Shown: positions 10,509-20,606 of the stretch, piece by piece
Numbering within the stretch: the first letter of the stretch is position 1
Layout of the letters: every line of letters begins with the position of its first letter
DNA from: an uncultured virus (IMG/VR IMGVR_UViG_2061766007_001878)
Lineage: Duplodnaviria; Heunggongvirae; Uroviricota; Caudoviricetes
IMG/VR virus record: IMGVR_UViG_2061766007_001878
DNA length: 64,000 bases
Reading direction: 5' to 3' (one strand)
Translations under genes and position numbers: made by a program
The notes under the pieces: generated by a model
Told to the model about the DNA's origin: nothing
Seen by the model: the letters and a program-made list of their open reading frames with translations, nothing else
Database searches by the model: none

Positions 10509-11212
10509 ATGAAAAAAGTTGACATGGCGGTAAGAGTGGCGAAGACAGTCGCGATTATGGCNNNNNNNNNNNNNNNNNNNNTTTCATCGACGGGTTCACG
10601 GGCAAGTTGAAGAAGAAGGTGGACGAGTATCTCGCTGGCATCCATGCTGGCGATACGGTTGTCAACGGCGTGCGCGTCCCGTGCATATTCTTCCCTGAAA
10701 CCCACAAGGGCGAATACACCGAGGGAAAGTACGTCGGCAAGTTTGACATTGGTTACAGCAGTGCGTGCGAGGACGACGGCGTGCAGTTCTGCGTCAGCGT
10801 TTCCCTGTCCGCGTGCGAAGGCGAGACGTTCTCTGGTCTGATGGATGACAAGTCCTGCTATACCGTCCATATCAGGAGCTTTTCTGGTGAACGCGCCCTG
10901 CTGAAGCGCACATCCAATGCCGTCATGGTAACGAATATCGGTGAAAGCTCGGTCTTGTCCCTGCTTAATGGCGATGCCGTCATCGATGAATACGGAGTGG
11001 ATGCGATTGGTGAGGATGCCGACAAGCAGAAGGTCGCCAAGGAAAACCATGATTTCATCTTCGACGAGATGGAGAAGACCGCCGATGGCATTAGGAAGAA
11101 GATTTCCGCATGGCTCGACGAGAACAAGGTCATCAGCAAGCTCTGGTTTGATTTCGGCAACATGGTCAACAAGAACGAGAATGTGAAGAAGGGAATCGAA
11201 ATAGCGGAGTAA
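10509..11212 (+). CDS. Leader-bearing hypothetical protein spanning the 10562-10581 gap
   Basis: GGAG RBS and MKKVDMAVRVAKTVAIMA before the gap; ORF 10607..11212 after it; TTTAT-N8-GTAAAAT at 10451-10470. Confidence 0.65.
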
Positions 11213-11224
11213 AGGAGAACAGAT

Positions 11225-11914
11225 ATGAATAAGGAGAAAGTCGAGAAAATCGCGAAATTGCTGGTCGCTGCCCCCAAGCATCCTGATACCGATTGCGGTC
11301 AGGGAATCATCATGGCTGATGAAAACTTGAAGCTCGGAAATATGACGCACTACGGGACTTTTGTGACTGTCAGTGGTCCATATGCAAGCATGGTGAAAAT
11401 CAAGGATTTTCTGAAGGAAAAGAAATTCCAGTATATTCCGTACAAGAGAATCTGGGCGTGCTTCTGGAACCAGTGCAAATGGGATGAAATCGAATCTGGC
11501 ATCAAGAGCATCCTGAATGGAGATGGACAGCAGGGTGAATCCATGAATGATTCTGCTTCTGGTGATTTCAGTGACATCTGGTTGCTTGACGAAGGAGGAC
11601 CTGGTGTTCATTTTGTCAGAAACTGGAATACGTTTAACCAACCGATGTTCATTCCAGAACTGAAAAGTGAAATCGACAGCTTTAAGGCGAAATGCTGTGC
11701 TTTGCTGAATGTCATTGCAAAAGCACTTCCAGGAAGCGTTATCGGGCAACTCCTAGACCATTTTGCAAAAGACGACGCATATGAATGGGAATGGAATGAC
11801 AGATGGATTTACACGGTGACAATTCCAGCCAGTAAAGAGGAAAAGAAAGTCATTGCCGAGATTTGCAAGAAAAGCGGAGTAAAAGTTCCAGGTTTGAATC
11901 AATACGAGAAATAA
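11225..11914 (+). CDS. Leader-bearing hypothetical protein
   Basis: AAGGAG RBS; MNKEKVEKIAKLLVA. Confidence 0.8.
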   Translation: MNKEKVEKIAKLLVAAPKHPDTDCGQGIIMADENLKLGNMTHYGTFVTVSGPYASMVKIKDFLKEKKFQYIPYKRIWACFWNQCKWDEIESGIKSILNGDGQQGESMNDSASGDFSDIWLLDEGGPGVHFVRNWNTFNQPMFIPELKSEIDSFKAKCCALLNVIAKALPGSVIGQLLDHFAKDDAYEWEWNDRWIYTVTIPASKEEKKVIAEICKKSGVKVPGLNQYEK

Positions 11915-11944
11915 ATATTGCAAAGGAATTGATTCAGTTTCATT

Positions 11945-11978
11945 AAAGTCCAGAATATACTACAATTCTGGACTTTTT
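11945..11978 (+). terminator. Intrinsic terminator
   Basis: AAAGTCCAGAAT/ATTCTGGACTTT followed by Ts. Confidence 0.8.
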
Positions 11979-12039
11979 GTTTATATTCCCCCATTGTAGA
12001 ATAGAATGTCATTAAATTAATTCATATGGAGAATATATC

Positions 12040-13020
12040 ATGCATAAGCATAATCTTGATTTTCATGTCAGCGGGATACTGACCAATCCAGAAGAACAGT
12101 GGGACAGAATCAAACGGGCTTCTATGGGGAAGAACCGCGTCGCCTTCCGTAAAATCGACGTGGACTGGAAGAAGTACAACACGAAAGACTACCTTTTTAC
12201 TCATGATACCGCATGCTGTTCCGTCGAGACGGAGGAGAACGGCTACTGGATTACCCCGCCGTGCTGGGAGCTGGTCAACGCCAACGGCAACGCTTGGACA
12301 ACCCCAGTGCTTCTGGCATCGTTCAAGACGTTCATTGGCGGTGATAATTTTGAAGAGCATATTCNNNNNNNNNNGGCGGAGAAGTGCCGTCAGGTCGTCG
12401 ATGACATCTGCGCGAGGTACATGGAAGANNNNNNNNNNCTCGATGCCATCGCCCGTCCAGTCGTCCATCATTCGGAAAAGTACGGCGATGCCCACATTTA
12501 CGTCATCGATTGTCTGGTCGCGACAAATAGAAAGCATACGGCTTTGATTGAACGTATTGAATCTGGAAAGCTCAATACGTTGAGCATGGGTACCATTTGC
12601 AATTATACAACCTGCTCCATTTGTGGCAAGGTCATCGGCGACAACGACCGCAACTGCGAGCACCTCGACAATCATCTTGGTCAACTGGTCACATGTCAGG
12701 ACGGAAAAGAGCGAATCTGTGCAGAATTGTGTGGCGCGGTCGATGAAAACGGAAACTACATCGAAGGGTCGAACTCCTTCATAGAGCTATCGTGGGTAGG
12801 GCATCCTGCGTTTCAGGGAGCCGTAATTAACTCTTTTGTAGAAAATGAAGAAATAAAAACTGCAAGAGAAGAAGAAAAGGAAGAACTTGCTAAACTATTT
12901 GAAAGCAATCTTTTTGAAAGACTTAAAGTGGCTGATACAGATAGTAAAATTGCTTTGAAGATTACTAAGGAAATTGGAAAAGTAGAAAGAATTTCCAGTG
13001 ATATCATGAAAAAGATTTGA
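12040..13020 (+). CDS. Putative prohead (capsid maturation) protease, HK97/assemblin-like, with a Cys/His insertion
   Basis: NANGNAW, FEEH (candidate catalytic His), LSMG (candidate catalytic Ser), CSICG..CEH and FIELSWVGHPAFQGA (the ExSxVxxPA motif). 12375-12428 is a misplaced island. Confidence 0.75.
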   Translation: MHKHNLDFHVSGILTNPEEQWDRIKRASMGKNRVAFRKIDVDWKKYNTKDYLFTHDTACCSVETEENGYWITPPCWELVNANGNAWTTPVLLASFKTFIGGDNFEEHIXXXXAEKCRQVVDDICARYMEXXXXLDAIARPVVHHSEKYGDAHIYVIDCLVATNRKHTALIERIESGKLNTLSMGTICNYTTCSICGKVIGDNDRNCEHLDNHLGQLVTCQDGKERICAELCGAVDENGNYIEGSNSFIELSWVGHPAFQGAVINSFVENEEIKTAREEEKEELAKLFESNLFERLKVADTDSKIALKITKEIGKVERISSDIMKKI

Positions 13021-13078
13021 ATTTTCAAAAATTCAAACCATATTTTTTATTTAAAAAACAGCAAAAGGAGAAAATGAA

Positions 13079-13873
13079 ATGGATAAGAATGTGAAGATTG
13101 CAAAAGAATTGGTAAGATTGGCGAAGTTGCTGGTTGCTGAGCCTCGTGGTGATTACAAGAAACTCAGCAGACCACAGCAACACGAGAGGGAATTGGAGAA
13201 TGATGTTCAAATGGAAGATGCCTTTATCGCCAAGCTGGAAAGCGAATACAAGAGGGTGAAGAATCTTCTAAGCTCTAACGGCTTTTCGGAAGATGACGCC
13301 ACAGGTGATTTTAAATCAGATTTGGAAGAAGCCAAAAACGCCATTGAAAAGGGCGAACCTGTGAACGGCGAAGAAAAGAAGAATCTTGAATACGTTTTAA
13401 GGAATTTTGGCTTGATTGACGAAGCCAAGATGAAGACTTTTAAAGAAGCATTTGAACTTAAAAAGAAAGTCGATAAATTATATGAAGAGGGGAAGAAAGG
13501 TCATGAATCGTATTATGATGACTTTTTCAGTTTGTATGAAATGGATTCTTACCAAAATTATGAGTTTTCAATTTATTGCACCGACTGTGGATTAAAAGAG
13601 TTAAGGCGTTGTGAATATGAGCTTACCAATGCAATTAATCATTGGAAACAATGCCCGAATATCGCGAACTGGATTATCTCCATATACAACAGTGGCGAAG
13701 AGGGACGGAAAGACGCGATTAACGCTGGATTCCATCAGGAATGGCTTCAAGATTCGAAACTGAACTATCTGAAAGACCATGCGTATGAATTCAAGTACCG
13801 CCTTGGAAACATGGGCTATAAATACAACGAGAACTACACATACAGCACCGATTCGACGGAAAATCTTAAATAA
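13079..13873 (+). CDS. Leader-bearing hypothetical protein
   Basis: AAGGAG RBS; MDKNVKIAKELVRLAKLLVA. Confidence 0.8.
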   Translation: MDKNVKIAKELVRLAKLLVAEPRGDYKKLSRPQQHERELENDVQMEDAFIAKLESEYKRVKNLLSSNGFSEDDATGDFKSDLEEAKNAIEKGEPVNGEEKKNLEYVLRNFGLIDEAKMKTFKEAFELKKKVDKLYEEGKKGHESYYDDFFSLYEMDSYQNYEFSIYCTDCGLKELRRCEYELTNAINHWKQCPNIANWIISIYNSGEEGRKDAINAGFHQEWLQDSKLNYLKDHAYEFKYRLGNMGYKYNENYTYSTDSTENLK

Positions 13874-13895
13874 GCACTAGATAATATATTCAATT

Positions 13896-13933
13896 AAAAA
13901 AGGTACGCTTTGGTTTTACAGCGTGCCTTTTTT
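13896..13933 (+). terminator. Intrinsic terminator
   Basis: AAAAAAGGTACGCT/AGCGTGCCTTTTTT. Confidence 0.75.
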
Positions 13934-14089
13934 GTAATGAGTGTCATTCCTTTGTCGATGCGATGAAGCATGGGAATTTTGTTTATGAATTGAAAAATTC
14001 GTGAATGGTATAATAAAATGAGATGAAAGTCTGAAAAGTAGGAGTAACATGTACTATCTGTTTTTAAAAAAATAAAAGGAGGAAAGAAC

Positions 14090-14491
14090 ATGGATACGCC
14101 TATTATCGACAAGAACATGAAGGTTTGTCTCGGCAACTGCATCAGGGTGTCGAATGTCGAGAAGAAGAACAGGCTTGAGGCAAGCGTTTACGTCTGTATT
14201 CAGGTCGAAAGTGAGGATGGGAAGAGCGAGTACGCGATATTGCTGACACAGGGCGAGTATGATAAAATCATCAAAGCCGACACGTTTGACATGAAGAGCA
14301 TGGTGCCTGGCAGAATCTACGCGAAGTTCATTCTGTCCAAGAACTACTACACGGTCAGGCTGAAGGGCTACGACGGCGTGGAATTCGTCGGGCTGTTTGA
14401 AATCGGCGACTGGAGGAAGTATTACGAACGCGCCCTGAAGCATCCGAATTCCTGCACGAAGAAGAGCTTTCTGGCGGACATTCTGGACTGA
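14090..14491 (+). CDS. Hypothetical protein
   Basis: AAGGAGG RBS; TTGAAA...TATAAT-like promoter near 13990-14014. Confidence 0.8.
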   Translation: MDTPIIDKNMKVCLGNCIRVSNVEKKNRLEASVYVCIQVESEDGKSEYAILLTQGEYDKIIKADTFDMKSMVPGRIYAKFILSKNYYTVRLKGYDGVEFVGLFEIGDWRKYYERALKHPNSCTKKSFLADILD

Positions 14492-14554
14492 ATGTTTTTC
14501 AGAGATTGATTTGAATAGTTTGAAAAGGATTTGAATTTCTACAAGGAGTATGAC

Positions 14555-15496
14555 ATGAAGAGTATCATAGGGGTAGTCCGCGTGCCCGCAATCAAGATAT
14601 TGTGCGCCTCCTCCGAATGGAGGAAATTTTATTCGTATCCAGAGACGACGAAGAAGGACTGGGCTGGAATCACGGAATTGAGGGGTTCCACGCCCATCGG
14701 CGTGATTCGCAACAGTGGCACCGTGCGGATGTCGTTGCAGGACGAGATGGAATTCGGGGCGAAGGATTTGATTGTCCAGACGAGCCATTGCCTCAAGCTG
14801 GCGAGGAACCTGTCGTTCTACCAGTTCTTGTCCGACAAGGCGGTGGAGGAGGCTAGGGCTTATTCCAAATTCGGAATCAGGCATCTGGTGCTGGATTTCT
14901 CCGCCAGCGAGGATTACTATGATTTCAGCGAGCCTGTCGTCTACTGGCTCGCCCGTGCGCTCGCGGAGACGTTCAAGACCGCGTGCGGGAAGGATTTCAC
15001 CGTTGGAATCAAGATGACCAGTGGCATATGGGCTGTTGACCTTGCGTGTCGGTTCGGATACGATTTTGTCCTGACAGACGACTCGATGGGTCGTCTGAGG
15101 CTGACAGAGGAAAGGAACAGGCTCACTGACGGGACTGACAAGAAGAAACCGCGTGTGTACGAGAACGTGTACGTCTATGACATCAATGACAAATACAAGG
15201 ACATCGACGATTTCTGTCCAGAGGGGTGTTTGGTTCACGGGGACAACGAAGACGCATTGGATGCATTTGGCAAGAAGTTGTCCAGCATCGCGAAGATTGG
15301 TGCCCCGAAAGTTCCAGTCATCGGATTCTACATGGATGAAATCATGCGCGGTGAACAGCATTATGACATGACACACTGGGGAATCAGGGACTACATCATG
15401 ATTGACATGGAGGTGAGGGAAAATAATTACAAATGCAAATCCATAAATGAAAGGCAATTACAAAATATCACCGATATAATTTCAAAATTAAGATAA
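14555..15496 (+). CDS. Hypothetical protein, possibly an alpha/beta-barrel enzyme
   Basis: AAGGAG RBS before ATG 14555; alternating strand/helix pattern (GIRHLVLDF, GYDFVL). Fold is a guess. Confidence 0.65.
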   Translation: MKSIIGVVRVPAIKILCASSEWRKFYSYPETTKKDWAGITELRGSTPIGVIRNSGTVRMSLQDEMEFGAKDLIVQTSHCLKLARNLSFYQFLSDKAVEEARAYSKFGIRHLVLDFSASEDYYDFSEPVVYWLARALAETFKTACGKDFTVGIKMTSGIWAVDLACRFGYDFVLTDDSMGRLRLTEERNRLTDGTDKKKPRVYENVYVYDINDKYKDIDDFCPEGCLVHGDNEDALDAFGKKLSSIAKIGAPKVPVIGFYMDEIMRGEQHYDMTHWGIRDYIMIDMEVRENNYKCKSINERQLQNITDIISKLR

Positions 15497-15597
15497 AATT
15501 CGACTTGAAAAATTTGAAATGTGGTTCACATTATTACTGTCATCAAAGGAGCATGACCTCGAAAAAAAGCATATTTTAAAAAGTGAGGTTATGAAAA

Positions 15598-17040
15598 ATG
15601 CCAAGAAGAAAAAAGGAAAGCGAGGGGAAATCGACGGTTTTGAAAATCATGGATGAATTCGACTGGGGTCGGATTCTCTACAACGCATGCTACATCTTCA
15701 ACAAGGGCTTTGCCGAATACCTTGAAGATTATGCGAAAAGGTACGATGAAGGAGATGTCGTGGTGGACGACGCGGAAAAGGAGACCGAGAAGCTGATAAG
15801 CCAGCGGGATGGACTCATAGATGAACGTAAACGCCTCCATGACGAAGTGAGGAAGGCATCGACGGAGAAGACCAGCGCATTCAGGCAGTACGCCAAGGCG
15901 TTTCCAGTGGGCGAAGTGGTGGCTAACTGGCGCAAGGACATGCTGGCTGGCAGGAAGACAGGCGAGAACATCGACAAGTACCGCAAGCTCATCAGCAACA
16001 GGAGCGAACTGGAAAAGGTATTTCATGCCAGTGTCGAGAAGGAAAAGAGGACTTCGAGGGCGGAACGCAGATATATTGATTCGAACTTATTCGCCACGAG
16101 GACGCTCAACCAGAAGGTAAAAAACATCAGGAAAATGGTGGACAAGCACAGCATTCCGCTTGGTCACAGGATGTCGGACGAGATAAAGCCGTTGCAGGAG
16201 CTTATCCTGTCGGAAGGTCAGACGGAAAGGCTGATGGCGGTGTGCCTGAACATCCTCAATACGTATTCCGAGAAGGATTTCAGTTCCACGCTTGAAGTTT
16301 CCGAACGAGAGCGCGTGGTGGAAGGCATCTATTCGTTCTTCTCGAATTTCGAGCATAACTACGACTTTATTTCAGGGTGCTATGAAGTGGACGAGGAAAC
16401 GCATGAATTGAAGATGAAGCCACTTGATGTGCTTGAGAACAAGATTTACAATGGATACTATTTCACCATCCGTGGATATGTCCAACGCGCCTATGCCAGC
16501 GTCAGGTTCGAGCGGTACAATGTCGAAAGCACCGACATGAACTGGGAGCAGGATACGGACAACGGAAACCACGGAATCGACAGGAAGCTGTCCAGCGAGA
16601 CCGACGCGGAGCCAGCGGGTCTTCCTGTAAGCAAGGAGCCGATGCCGTTGGACGACGGGATGATGGACATCTGGACGGACTGCAACAAGTACCTGTGGGA
16701 CAATATCGAGGACATGTCGGACGAGATTACTGGCGAGCTGTCGAAGAAGTTCCCGCGCAACCCGTACTACAGCCTCGACAACATGCTGGACACGATGCCC
16801 GTGGTGATGTCGATGGTAATCGACAGCGTGAACGAGGAGCTGGTGGCTGGCAACGTCATCGGCAACAAGCTGAAGCACATCATACTGGATTCGATGGGCG
16901 GTGCCGAGACGAACGAGGAATGGAGGCAGAACGTCACCATCATCTCGAAAATCATGGCGAAGTACATCAGGAAGTTCTTCTCCGCCGAGAAGTGCCGTCA
17001 GGTCGTCGATGACATCTGCGCGAGGTACATGGAAGAATGA
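15598..17040 (+). CDS. Helical hypothetical protein, 480 aa
   Basis: Long ORF with GAGG RBS behind a TTGAAA...CATTAT promoter-like sequence (15505-15534). Confidence 0.8.
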   Translation: MPRRKKESEGKSTVLKIMDEFDWGRILYNACYIFNKGFAEYLEDYAKRYDEGDVVVDDAEKETEKLISQRDGLIDERKRLHDEVRKASTEKTSAFRQYAKAFPVGEVVANWRKDMLAGRKTGENIDKYRKLISNRSELEKVFHASVEKEKRTSRAERRYIDSNLFATRTLNQKVKNIRKMVDKHSIPLGHRMSDEIKPLQELILSEGQTERLMAVCLNILNTYSEKDFSSTLEVSERERVVEGIYSFFSNFEHNYDFISGCYEVDEETHELKMKPLDVLENKIYNGYYFTIRGYVQRAYASVRFERYNVESTDMNWEQDTDNGNHGIDRKLSSETDAEPAGLPVSKEPMPLDDGMMDIWTDCNKYLWDNIEDMSDEITGELSKKFPRNPYYSLDNMLDTMPVVMSMVIDSVNEELVAGNVIGNKLKHIILDSMGGAETNEEWRQNVTIISKIMAKYIRKFFSAEKCRQVVDDICARYMEE

Positions 17041-17324
17041 CGGAAGATGAAAAAGAACTGATTATGATGCTGAACGACGTGTACGAGAAGTACGTTTCCA
17101 TGTCTGAACAGCATTGCGACGACAGAAAGGAATTTGTGCAGGCGTTGCATGTCCTTCAGCATCTGGTCATGATACGGAGTGTGCGCAGGGGGAATCCAGA
17201 GATGTTCCCTCTGCATCTCAGCACGACGGCTCATATCGACAGTCTTGACGACATGAAGCCGATTGAGAATGCGATAATGAAGACACTGAACAATGCATTG
17301 AACAACAAAGGAGGTGAAAAATGA
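17037..17324 (+). CDS. Hypothetical protein
   Basis: ATGA overlap with the preceding gene. Confidence 0.7.
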   Translation: MTEDEKELIMMLNDVYEKYVSMSEQHCDDRKEFVQALHVLQHLVMIRSVRRGNPEMFPLHLSTTAHIDSLDDMKPIENAIMKTLNNALNNKGGEK

Positions 17325-17575
17325 ATCTGGGCAGTGCGGTAAGCGATTTATTTGGAAAAAGAGCGGAATTGGATGAACAGTCCATCCATGACAGGATTGT
17401 GGAGATTGAAAGCAGGGTGACGTGGATATCAAGCGAGTTGAACGACCCGCAGAACCAGTCGGTAAAGACATGCAGGTATTCGCAGGAGACACTTGAAACA
17501 CTGAGGGAGGAGAAGAACCTCCTTGAACTGATGGCGAACGTGCTGTATCGCCGTGGAAAGATAATAGAGAAGTAG
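17321..17575 (+). CDS. Small coiled-coil hypothetical protein
   Basis: AAGGAGGT RBS; ATGA overlap. Confidence 0.75.
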   Translation: MNLGSAVSDLFGKRAELDEQSIHDRIVEIESRVTWISSELNDPQNQSVKTCRYSQETLETLREEKNLLELMANVLYRRGKIIEK

Positions 17576-17581
17576 GATAAA

Positions 17582-18070
17582 ATGGAAAAAAAGATAATTG
17601 TACACAAAAGTCCTTCCGCCGACACACGTTCGGCTAACCATATTATAACGAAGGACGAGCTTGAGAAGTCAACCGCGATGCACATCAGCGATGTCGCCAA
17701 GGCGATGCGCTGGTTTGCCGAAAAGCTGGAAGAGGCTGGCGAGAACCACGACTGGACGAAGAACGAATATCTCGACGAATTCTACGAGCAGTTCCATCGC
17801 GAACAGGAGACTGGTCACGGGGACTGGGGCGAAAATCCAGACGGGTGGTACAGGAAGATTCATCTGGTCAAGGAACGCCACCACTTGTCGAACGGATGCC
17901 CAGAGGATGTCGATTTGTTTGACGTGCTTGAGCAGATTGCGGACGGGGTGATGGCTGGAATGGCTCGTTCTGGAAAATACAGGCAGGAGCCTATAAGCAA
18001 GGACATGCTTGAAAAGGCATATAGGAATACGGTCGCCAAACTGCTTGGCGTAATAGAATTGAAGGATTGA
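17582..18070 (+). CDS. HD-like (DUF5662-like) putative phosphohydrolase
   Basis: H...V, HDWTK, H..KERHH and EQIAD metal-ligand pattern. Confidence 0.7.
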   Translation: MEKKIIVHKSPSADTRSANHIITKDELEKSTAMHISDVAKAMRWFAEKLEEAGENHDWTKNEYLDEFYEQFHREQETGHGDWGENPDGWYRKIHLVKERHHLSNGCPEDVDLFDVLEQIADGVMAGMARSGKYRQEPISKDMLEKAYRNTVAKLLGVIELKD

Positions 18071-18078
18071 AAAGTACG

Positions 18079-18417
18079 ATGCTTTACCTGATTATCTGCG
18101 ACATCAATGAAATGCTGAACGACTACATTCCCTTGTACGATGAAGTCAAGGGGCTTTCCAAGGACATTAGGAATCCGATGAAGAACGTCTGGTTCGTCAA
18201 TACGGACAAGTGGAATGCCGAAGACATATACAAGAAGATTGACTTCCATATGTATTTTGGAGACCAGTGCCTTGTCATGGGTTTTGACGGAAATGAAGCC
18301 TGCGAATACGCTGGTGATGTGGACAATGATTTCCTGAAATGGTTCGCGCATGGCATCGGCATAAGCAACAATTGTCGGGTAAAGATTGAGAAAAGAGAGG
18401 AGGCGATGGTGAAATGA
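18079..18417 (+). CDS. Small ferredoxin-fold protein, Cas2/VapD-like pattern
   Basis: YLIICDI...Y..LY..VK.L...NVWFVNT...DQCLV pattern; no cas context. Confidence 0.5.
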   Translation: MLYLIICDINEMLNDYIPLYDEVKGLSKDIRNPMKNVWFVNTDKWNAEDIYKKIDFHMYFGDQCLVMGFDGNEACEYAGDVDNDFLKWFAHGIGISNNCRVKIEKREEAMVK

Positions 18418-18746
18418 TTCCTTTTGACGGAGAAGATTTGGATAAGATTGTCACCACGTCCCCGATTGTGGTGTTCTGGAAACTCGCTACCGACAACAAG
18501 CTGTATCAGCCGTGCCTTGACACGGAAATAGACAAGGCGGTGGATGATGTTGTGACGAAGGCGAACATGATGGAGATTCTCATCTCCTATGCTTTGCTGA
18601 GGCAGATTCTTGAGGACATATCTGGTCTTGACAAGGATTCCGATGAATATGACAGGCTCAGGGATGTCATCATTTTCTCGCTTGCGATGAAGCAGGTGCT
18701 TGAAAAGGCGATGGAGATAAAGCAGAAGGAAATCGAAAGCATGTGA
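18414..18746 (+). CDS. Hypothetical protein
   Basis: ATGA overlap; GGAGG upstream. Confidence 0.7.
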   Translation: MIPFDGEDLDKIVTTSPIVVFWKLATDNKLYQPCLDTEIDKAVDDVVTKANMMEILISYALLRQILEDISGLDKDSDEYDRLRDVIIFSLAMKQVLEKAMEIKQKEIESM

Positions 18747-18753
18747 TTTTCGC

Positions 18754-18772
18754 CTTATACTCCGAGTATAAT
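18754..18772 (+). promoter_or_regulatory. Putative late promoter motif
   Basis: CTTAT-ACTCCGA-GTATAAT. Confidence 0.65.
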
Positions 18773-18829
18773 AGAACAGTATGATTGTCCCTTGTCGGGA
18801 CGCATTTGACATATTCGGGGCATGGAAAG

Positions 18830-19453
18830 ATGATGAGCGAAGAGAAGATAGCCAAGATGGTCGCGAGAATCGCGGAGGACAATACAAAAGCCACACGGGA
18901 TAACGTAAGATACGAAAGGTGGTCGGGTGAAATCGACTATAATGGAACAAAAGGCGTGGTGAAGTGCGCCACGTTTGCGTTGCGTGATGGAAATGTCGAA
19001 TGGGAGGAAGGAACTTGGCTGTCTGGTACTTGGAATGGAGGCGTATGGAAGTCTGGAATCTGGGAGAATGGGACTTGGAACCGAGGTGTCTGGAAGTATG
19101 GCATCTGGAATGACGGCGAATGGCTGAAAGGCACTTGGGAGCTTGGAAGCTGGTATGATGGAACTTGGCATAACGGCATCTGGGAATATGGATTCTGGAA
19201 CGACGGAAAGTGGCTTTATGGCGAATGGAAGTCAGGGGCTTGGAACGGAGGAAGTTGGAAAGGCGGAATCCATCGCAAGGGCGAGTGGTATGGTGGAAGA
19301 TTCGACTGGGACAAGGACAAATCCAAAATATCCAGATGGGAGGATGGAATCTGGTTCGACGGCATTTGGAAGGATGGGGAATGGCTGAAAGGTCAGGATG
19401 AGGACAGGCGGAATCGCACGAATTCGCCGAACAATTGGGAAGAAGGCGAATGA
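18830..19453 (+). CDS. GxWxx pentapeptide (Trp-rich) repeat protein 1, leader-bearing
   Basis: More than 20 GxWxx units; N-terminal EEKIAKMVARIA; C-terminal SPNNW. Confidence 0.85.
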   Translation: MMSEEKIAKMVARIAEDNTKATRDNVRYERWSGEIDYNGTKGVVKCATFALRDGNVEWEEGTWLSGTWNGGVWKSGIWENGTWNRGVWKYGIWNDGEWLKGTWELGSWYDGTWHNGIWEYGFWNDGKWLYGEWKSGAWNGGSWKGGIHRKGEWYGGRFDWDKDKSKISRWEDGIWFDGIWKDGEWLKGQDEDRRNRTNSPNNWEEGE

Positions 19454-20463
19454 GGCTGAATATTGCATATGCCACGACTCACGGTTGGAACATAGGAGAC
19501 GATTTCATAAGAATTGGATGTGAACGTCTCCTTGAAACCATTTTCCCAAATCACAATCATATCATTTATGACAAATCCCCTTATGTCAGGGATATAAAGG
19601 GACTTGTTTATGAAAAATGCAATAATGAGTTCCACGGTAATTCTTTGCAGGTCTTGAAACATTCCAAGTTGAAAATCGACCTGATGGTGGTAGCTGGCAC
19701 TCCTGAAAATTCCAGTGACAGGATGCTGAAATTCTTTGAAGTGAATCAAAAAACGCCTGTTATTGCATTGGCTGTCGGAGAACCGTTGAATAAACCAAAG
19801 ACCAAGTTCATCCAATATTTCAAACGGTGCGGTCTTCTGACGGTTAGAAGCAAAGGCATTCTGGACAAATATATTGAAGTTTTTGGAGACAATGTACAAT
19901 ATTTGCCATGCACCAGCCTTTTTTGGACGGACAAAATGAAGCAAGTCGACGAAGTGAGAAAAGTCGCTCTTGGATGGAAATGCAAAGAAGGAGCTGGTCT
20001 TACTTATAATTCCATTCCTCAAAAGTATTATGACAAAATGATTTCCTTGTATGAACGGCTTGTTTCAGAAAATAAATCCATCGAATTTTTTATCGTATGC
20101 CATCATGTAGATGAATTGAAAGATGCAATGGAGCATTTTCCGAATCTGGATGTTCGCTATCATTATGATGAGCATAAATATGCTGACATATACTGGGATG
20201 CGGATTTTGTCATCACGCCGAAAGTGCATGGATGCGGGTGTTGTGCTAGCATGGGGATTGGAGGGGCGTTTCTTCCTACAGATTTCAGGTCTGACACAGT
20301 GGACGGATTTTTAAGTGTGATTTCATGGGACAAGGATGAAATATGCAGTGCGATGATGAAAGGGAATGAAATTTCCGAAAAGTTGAAGACGCACAAGGAA
20401 GAAAGTTTTTCAAAGTATGTCGAATTGCTTGAAAAATGGAAAAAGAAGATTGATTTTAATTGA
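19450..20463 (+). CDS. Polysaccharide pyruvyl transferase-like (GT-B) protein
   Basis: NIGDDFI at the N-terminus; TVR; YWDADFVITPKVHG (TxR/KxHG motif). Confidence 0.7.
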   Translation: MRLNIAYATTHGWNIGDDFIRIGCERLLETIFPNHNHIIYDKSPYVRDIKGLVYEKCNNEFHGNSLQVLKHSKLKIDLMVVAGTPENSSDRMLKFFEVNQKTPVIALAVGEPLNKPKTKFIQYFKRCGLLTVRSKGILDKYIEVFGDNVQYLPCTSLFWTDKMKQVDEVRKVALGWKCKEGAGLTYNSIPQKYYDKMISLYERLVSENKSIEFFIVCHHVDELKDAMEHFPNLDVRYHYDEHKYADIYWDADFVITPKVHGCGCCASMGIGGAFLPTDFRSDTVDGFLSVISWDKDEICSAMMKGNEISEKLKTHKEESFSKYVELLEKWKKKIDFN

Positions 20464-20606
20464 TTTTTATTAATGTACTTAACTTCAAGCCATTTCAGGA
20501 AAATTTCTTGGAATGGCTTTTTTGCTGTTGGTAACTTGAAATTTTCAAAACATGATATATATTAATAGCAATAGGATTTTTACAAACATACAACAAAGGA
20601 ATTGAC

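Noticed and set aside
12375..12428. 54-nt copy of 16984-17036 inside the protease gene
   Set aside because: An isolated island between two 10-N gaps; a gap-filling artefact.
10448..19475. Long antisense ORFs (10448..11749, 14054..15457, 18123..19475)
   Set aside because: They are shadows of well-supported plus-strand genes, with no recognisable motifs.
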